A model generated the notes under the pieces. It saw only the letters and a list, made by a program, of their open reading frames with translations, was not told where the DNA came from and ran no database searches. From NCBI GenBank assembly GCA_040768745.1, contig JAXGMI010000002.1, forward strand, positions 832,001 through 896,000: 64,000 nt of DNA, in the 5' to 3' direction. This document shows positions 59,090 to 64,000 of this stretch, one piece after another (within the stretch, counting starts at the first letter, position 1; each line of letters begins with the position of its first letter). The stretch comes from Desulfomicrobium sp. (GTDB taxonomy: Bacteria; Desulfobacterota; Desulfovibrionia; Desulfovibrionales; Desulfomicrobiaceae). A program made the position numbers and the translations under genes.

Positions 59090-60535
59090 CTATTTTCTCC
59101 AGAATTCAGGAATGAACAGCACCAGAATGGTATAAATTTCCAGCCGCCCCAGCAGCATGCAAAAGGTCAGCACCCATTTGGACAGCCATGGCAGCCCCCC
59201 GTAGTTGTCCACGGGTCCGACCTCGCCCAGACCCGGGCCGACATTGCCAATGCAGGCCACCACGGCAGAAAAGGCCGTCAGTACGTCCACCCCCATGGCC
59301 GTGAGGGCCAGACCAGAGAGGACGAAAAGGATGACGAAAAGGATGAAGAATCCCAGGATGCTGTTCAGCACCTCGTCCCTGACCAGCTTCTGCCCGAATT
59401 TGACCTGCACCACGGCCCTGGGATGCACCAGTCTGAACAGCTCCCTGTAGGCGTGGTTGATGAGCAGCATGACCCGCATGCACTTGATCCCGCCGGCAGT
59501 GGATCCGGCGCAGCCGCCCACGAACATGCACAACAGGAGCAGGCCCTGGGTCAAGGGTGCCCACAGCTCGTAATCCGCCGTGGCGAACCCCGTGGTGGTG
59601 ATGATGGAAGCAACCTGAAACAGGCTGAATCGCAGGGCTTCGGACCAGGAGGAATAATTCGCCCCGTGGGTGTACACCGTGATCACCCCGGTGATGACCC
59701 CGATGACGGCCACGAAAAACCTGCATTCCGGATCCCGCCACAAGGCCAGGGGTCTGCCGCGGAAGAGCTGGAAATGCAGGGCGAAGTTCATCCCGGCCAC
59801 GATCATGAACACGGAGATCACATAGTCGATGTAGGCCGAGTCGTAGGCGGCGACGGAGGTGTTGCGGGTGGAGAAGCCCCCCGTGGCCATGGTGCCGAAG
59901 GCATGGCAGAGGCCATCGAAGAAATCCATGCCCCCGGTCAGGAGAAGAATCGTCTGCACCGCGGTGAACAGCACATAGACCTTCCACAGCGTCATGGCCG
60001 TGTCCTTGATGCGCGGCTGCAGCTTGTCCGCCACCGGCCCCGGCACCTCGGCCTTGAAAAGCTGCATGCCGCCGACGCCCAGGAAGGGCAGGATGGCGAT
60101 GGTCAGCACAATGATGCCCATGCCCCCCAGCCAGTGGGTCAGACTGCGCCAGAACAGCAGCCCCTTGGGCAGCGCCTCGATGTTGCTCAGGATGGACGCC
60201 CCTGTGGTGGTGAACCCGGACACGGATTCGAAAACCGCATCCGTGAAGGACGGAAAACCGCCGAGGACAAAGGGCAGGGCCCCGAATACCCCGCATGTCG
60301 CCCAGGCCAGGGCGACAATGACCATGCCTTCGCGGTGGTTGATGACCAGGGGATTGGGCCGGCGGAAAAAGAACATGAGAAACGCGCCGGCCAGAACCGT
60401 GACGCAGAGGGAGAGAAAAAGGGGCGCCACCGAACCGTCGGCGTAATACACCCCGCAGAGCAGGGGCAGGGACATGCACAACCCCACGCACAGAAGGATC
60501 AGGCCCGTCACGTGCCAGGCAATGTTCCAGCGCAT
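59090..60535 (-). CDS. trkH: Trk potassium uptake membrane subunit
   Basis: FESVSGFTTTGA, TGGFS, TTTGF, GGCAGSTAGGIK, NVGPG, LGRLE. Confidence 0.96.
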   Translation of the reverse strand: MRWNIAWHVTGLILLCVGLCMSLPLLCGVYYADGSVAPLFLSLCVTVLAGAFLMFFFRRPNPLVINHREGMVIVALAWATCGVFGALPFVLGGFPSFTDAVFESVSGFTTTGASILSNIEALPKGLLFWRSLTHWLGGMGIIVLTIAILPFLGVGGMQLFKAEVPGPVADKLQPRIKDTAMTLWKVYVLFTAVQTILLLTGGMDFFDGLCHAFGTMATGGFSTRNTSVAAYDSAYIDYVISVFMIVAGMNFALHFQLFRGRPLALWRDPECRFFVAVIGVITGVITVYTHGANYSSWSEALRFSLFQVASIITTTGFATADYELWAPLTQGLLLLCMFVGGCAGSTAGGIKCMRVMLLINHAYRELFRLVHPRAVVQVKFGQKLVRDEVLNSILGFFILFVILFVLSGLALTAMGVDVLTAFSAVVACIGNVGPGLGEVGPVDNYGGLPWLSKWVLTFCMLLGRLEIYTILVLFIPEFWRK

Positions 60536-61893
60536 CAGCTCCGCCCTCTGACCCGCGAGAGCATCCTTTCCACATCGGGGATGGACTCCGTCAGGCTCAG
60601 GATGATGAACCGGTCCCCGCTCAGGATGACGTCATTGCCGCTGGGGATGAGCACGCTGTCCTGGCGCATGATGCACAGCACCAGCACCCCCATGGGGAAA
60701 TTGAGATCCTTCAGGGGTTGCCCCACAAGGCTCGAATCCTGACTGACCAGCGCCTCCATGGCCTCGGCCTGGTCCTTGATGGCCACAGTGGAAAGGACCC
60801 CGCCCTTGCGCACATGCTTGAAAATACTGTTCACGGCCGACATGCGGGGGCTGACAATGTGTTCCAGGCCGATGGCCCGGACCAGAGGCATGTACGCGAT
60901 CTTGTTCAACCGGGTGATGGCCATGGGGGTGCCGAGCTTCTTGGCCAGGAGCGAGGACAGGATGTTGCTCTCCTCGTTGCCGGTCATGGTCACGATGACG
61001 TCCATCTGGCCGATGTTCTCCTCCTGCAGGGCTTCCTGATCCGTTCCGTCGCCGTTCAACACCACGGTGCGGCCTAGTTCGTTGGCCAGGATGGTGCAGC
61101 GCTCGGGATTCTTGTCCATCAGCTTGACGTGCAGGGGCTTTTTCTCCAGGGACCGGGCCAAGCGCAGCCCTATGTTCCCCCCGCCGATGATGAGCACGTT
61201 GCTTTTCCTGCCTGGCCGGTTGCCCAGAAAGGAAAAGACCGGCTGCAGCTCCGTGTCCTCGCAGACGAAGTAGACCAGGTCTCCCCTGCGGATCTCGTCG
61301 GCGCCCGAGGGCACAATGACCTTGTCGTTGCGGACGATGGCCGCGACAATCATGCGTCTGTCCCCCACCTTGCCGCGCAGGTCCATGAGCCGGGTCCCGG
61401 CCAGGGGGTTGGCCTCGGTGATCCAGGTGCCGGCCAGCTTGATCCGGCCCCCGGCCAGGTCGCTGATGTCCACGGCCCCCGGAGCGCTGAGCATGTGCTC
61501 GATGGTCCTCACCACTTCAACTTCGGGGTTGACGATGATGCCGATGCCGATTTCCCGGGACAGGTGTTCGGCATAGGCGATGTACTCGTCGTTGCGGATG
61601 CGGGCCAGCTTGGTCAGGCCTGGGGCCAGCATGTTGGCGAAGGTGCAGGCCATGAGGTTGATTTCGTCACTGTCGGTCACGGCCAGGAGCATGTTCGCCT
61701 TCTGGATGCCCGCCTCGCCCAGGACCAGCGGGCTGCATCCGGATCCCTCCAGCACCTGCACGTCCATGTGGTCCAGGATGCGCTGCAGCACGGCGGGGTT
61801 GCGGTCGATGACGACCACGTCCTTCTGTTCCGAGGCCAGGCGCTGGGCAACGTAAAAACCGACCTCCCCCGCCCCGATAATGATGGCTTTCAA
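60535..61893 (-). CDS. trkA: Trk potassium uptake NAD-binding subunit
   Basis: Two RCK domains (IIGAGEVG, IIGGGNIG). TTG start at 61893 behind GGAG. Confidence 0.95.
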   Translation of the reverse strand: MKAIIIGAGEVGFYVAQRLASEQKDVVVIDRNPAVLQRILDHMDVQVLEGSGCSPLVLGEAGIQKANMLLAVTDSDEINLMACTFANMLAPGLTKLARIRNDEYIAYAEHLSREIGIGIIVNPEVEVVRTIEHMLSAPGAVDISDLAGGRIKLAGTWITEANPLAGTRLMDLRGKVGDRRMIVAAIVRNDKVIVPSGADEIRRGDLVYFVCEDTELQPVFSFLGNRPGRKSNVLIIGGGNIGLRLARSLEKKPLHVKLMDKNPERCTILANELGRTVVLNGDGTDQEALQEENIGQMDVIVTMTGNEESNILSSLLAKKLGTPMAITRLNKIAYMPLVRAIGLEHIVSPRMSAVNSIFKHVRKGGVLSTVAIKDQAEAMEALVSQDSSLVGQPLKDLNFPMGVLVLCIMRQDSVLIPSGNDVILSGDRFIILSLTESIPDVERMLSRVRGRS

Positions 61894-61913
61894 AAAAAGA
61901 ACTCCGGTTGCGA

Positions 61914-62622
61914 TTATCTGACGGCCTTTTCCGGGGGCCACGGCGTGCAGTCCCGGGCCGGGGCGAACCCGGCCGCGAAGGCCTCGGCCAGGGATGAAAA
62001 CTGGACCTGGTTGGATTTTTTGACCTTGCGGCCTTGAGAGCAGGACAGGATGTGGAAGCGCAGCGAACTTCTGGTGCCGACACACCCCCTGCTCGCATCC
62101 GCAATCCCCAGGATGTGCGGCCAGAAGCCTTTGCCCTGGCTCATGGCCCGCCTCTGGGCCTGCAACAGTTCCCCGCTCAGGCTTTTGTCCCTGTCAGCGG
62201 CATGCGGATAAACGAATGCCGCCCCCTGCTCAATCATGGACAGATTGACCATGACGTTGTCCGCCCGCCATGCTATGCCCACCATACGCCCATGGCGATC
62301 CCTGTCCAGCTCGCTTCTGCGCAGGATCAGCTCCCGGCCGGAGACCAGGGCCTCCAGCATGCGCTTGGACTGCCGGCCGAAGTACTGTCCGGGCTTGCCG
62401 TTGTGGCCCAGTTCCGGCGCGTCGATGCCGCGCAGGCGCAGCCGCTCCCCTCCGCCCAGGAGCAAGGTATCCCCGTCCAGCACCTCGGCCACGCGGACCC
62501 GCCACGACTCAGCCCGGGCCTGCCCAGCCGGGAACAGTCCAAGCAGCAAGACCAGTCCCAGACAAAGCCCAAAAAAGAAGGCAACCTGTGGGGCTGCCTT
62601 GAAAAGGGGTGACCTCGAAAGA

Positions 62623-62633
<11 letters not shown>
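61914..62633 (-). CDS. Exported thermonuclease (SNase) family protein with a small C-terminal Ada-like domain
   Basis: [30 protein letters not shown]...AGFAPARDC. Hydrophobic leader; start uncertain. Confidence 0.85.

Positions 62634-64000
<1,367 letters not shown>

Noticed and set aside
61891..61905. Phase variation at the T7 run between the trkA RBS and TTG start
   Set aside because: A 7-nt homopolymer is too short and common to support the claim.

Overview
A GC-rich chromosomal segment from a sulfate-reducing deltaproteobacterium (Desulfovibrionales-like; inferred from TunR, GSIII, the CobA/HemD fusion and the ORP-type cluster). The left half (about 1-28 kb) is accessory metabolism. It holds a TPP-dependent E1 alpha/beta pair and a dense Mo/W-sulfur block: modA, a recombinase-derived TunR regulator with two GTCACG-N14-CGTGAC operators, modBC, a sigma54/OrpR-like 'orange protein'-type Fe-S cluster, WtpABC tungstate uptake, and a persulfide dioxygenase-rhodanese plus peroxiredoxin operon behind a Fur/PerR-like box. 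The block ends in the most novel-looking element, a four-gene minus-strand unit: an ECF sigma factor fused to an NrtA/NasS-like solute-binding domain, an HPP membrane protein, a TAT-less molybdopterin oxidoreductase and a 4Fe-4S subunit. Small stress/unknown genes, dgkA and tRNA-Val/tRNA-Asp follow. The right half is mostly housekeeping (GSIII with a sigma54 promoter, gnd, hypF, sppA, FAD/Fe-S oxidase, ruvX, mltG, yhhQ, cyclophilin, amrA, purN, cobA-hemD, valS, trkAH, partial rpoD), with one REP-like doublet. I saw no CRISPR array, rRNA, transposase or true integrase. All calls come from reading motifs by eye; no database searches were run.
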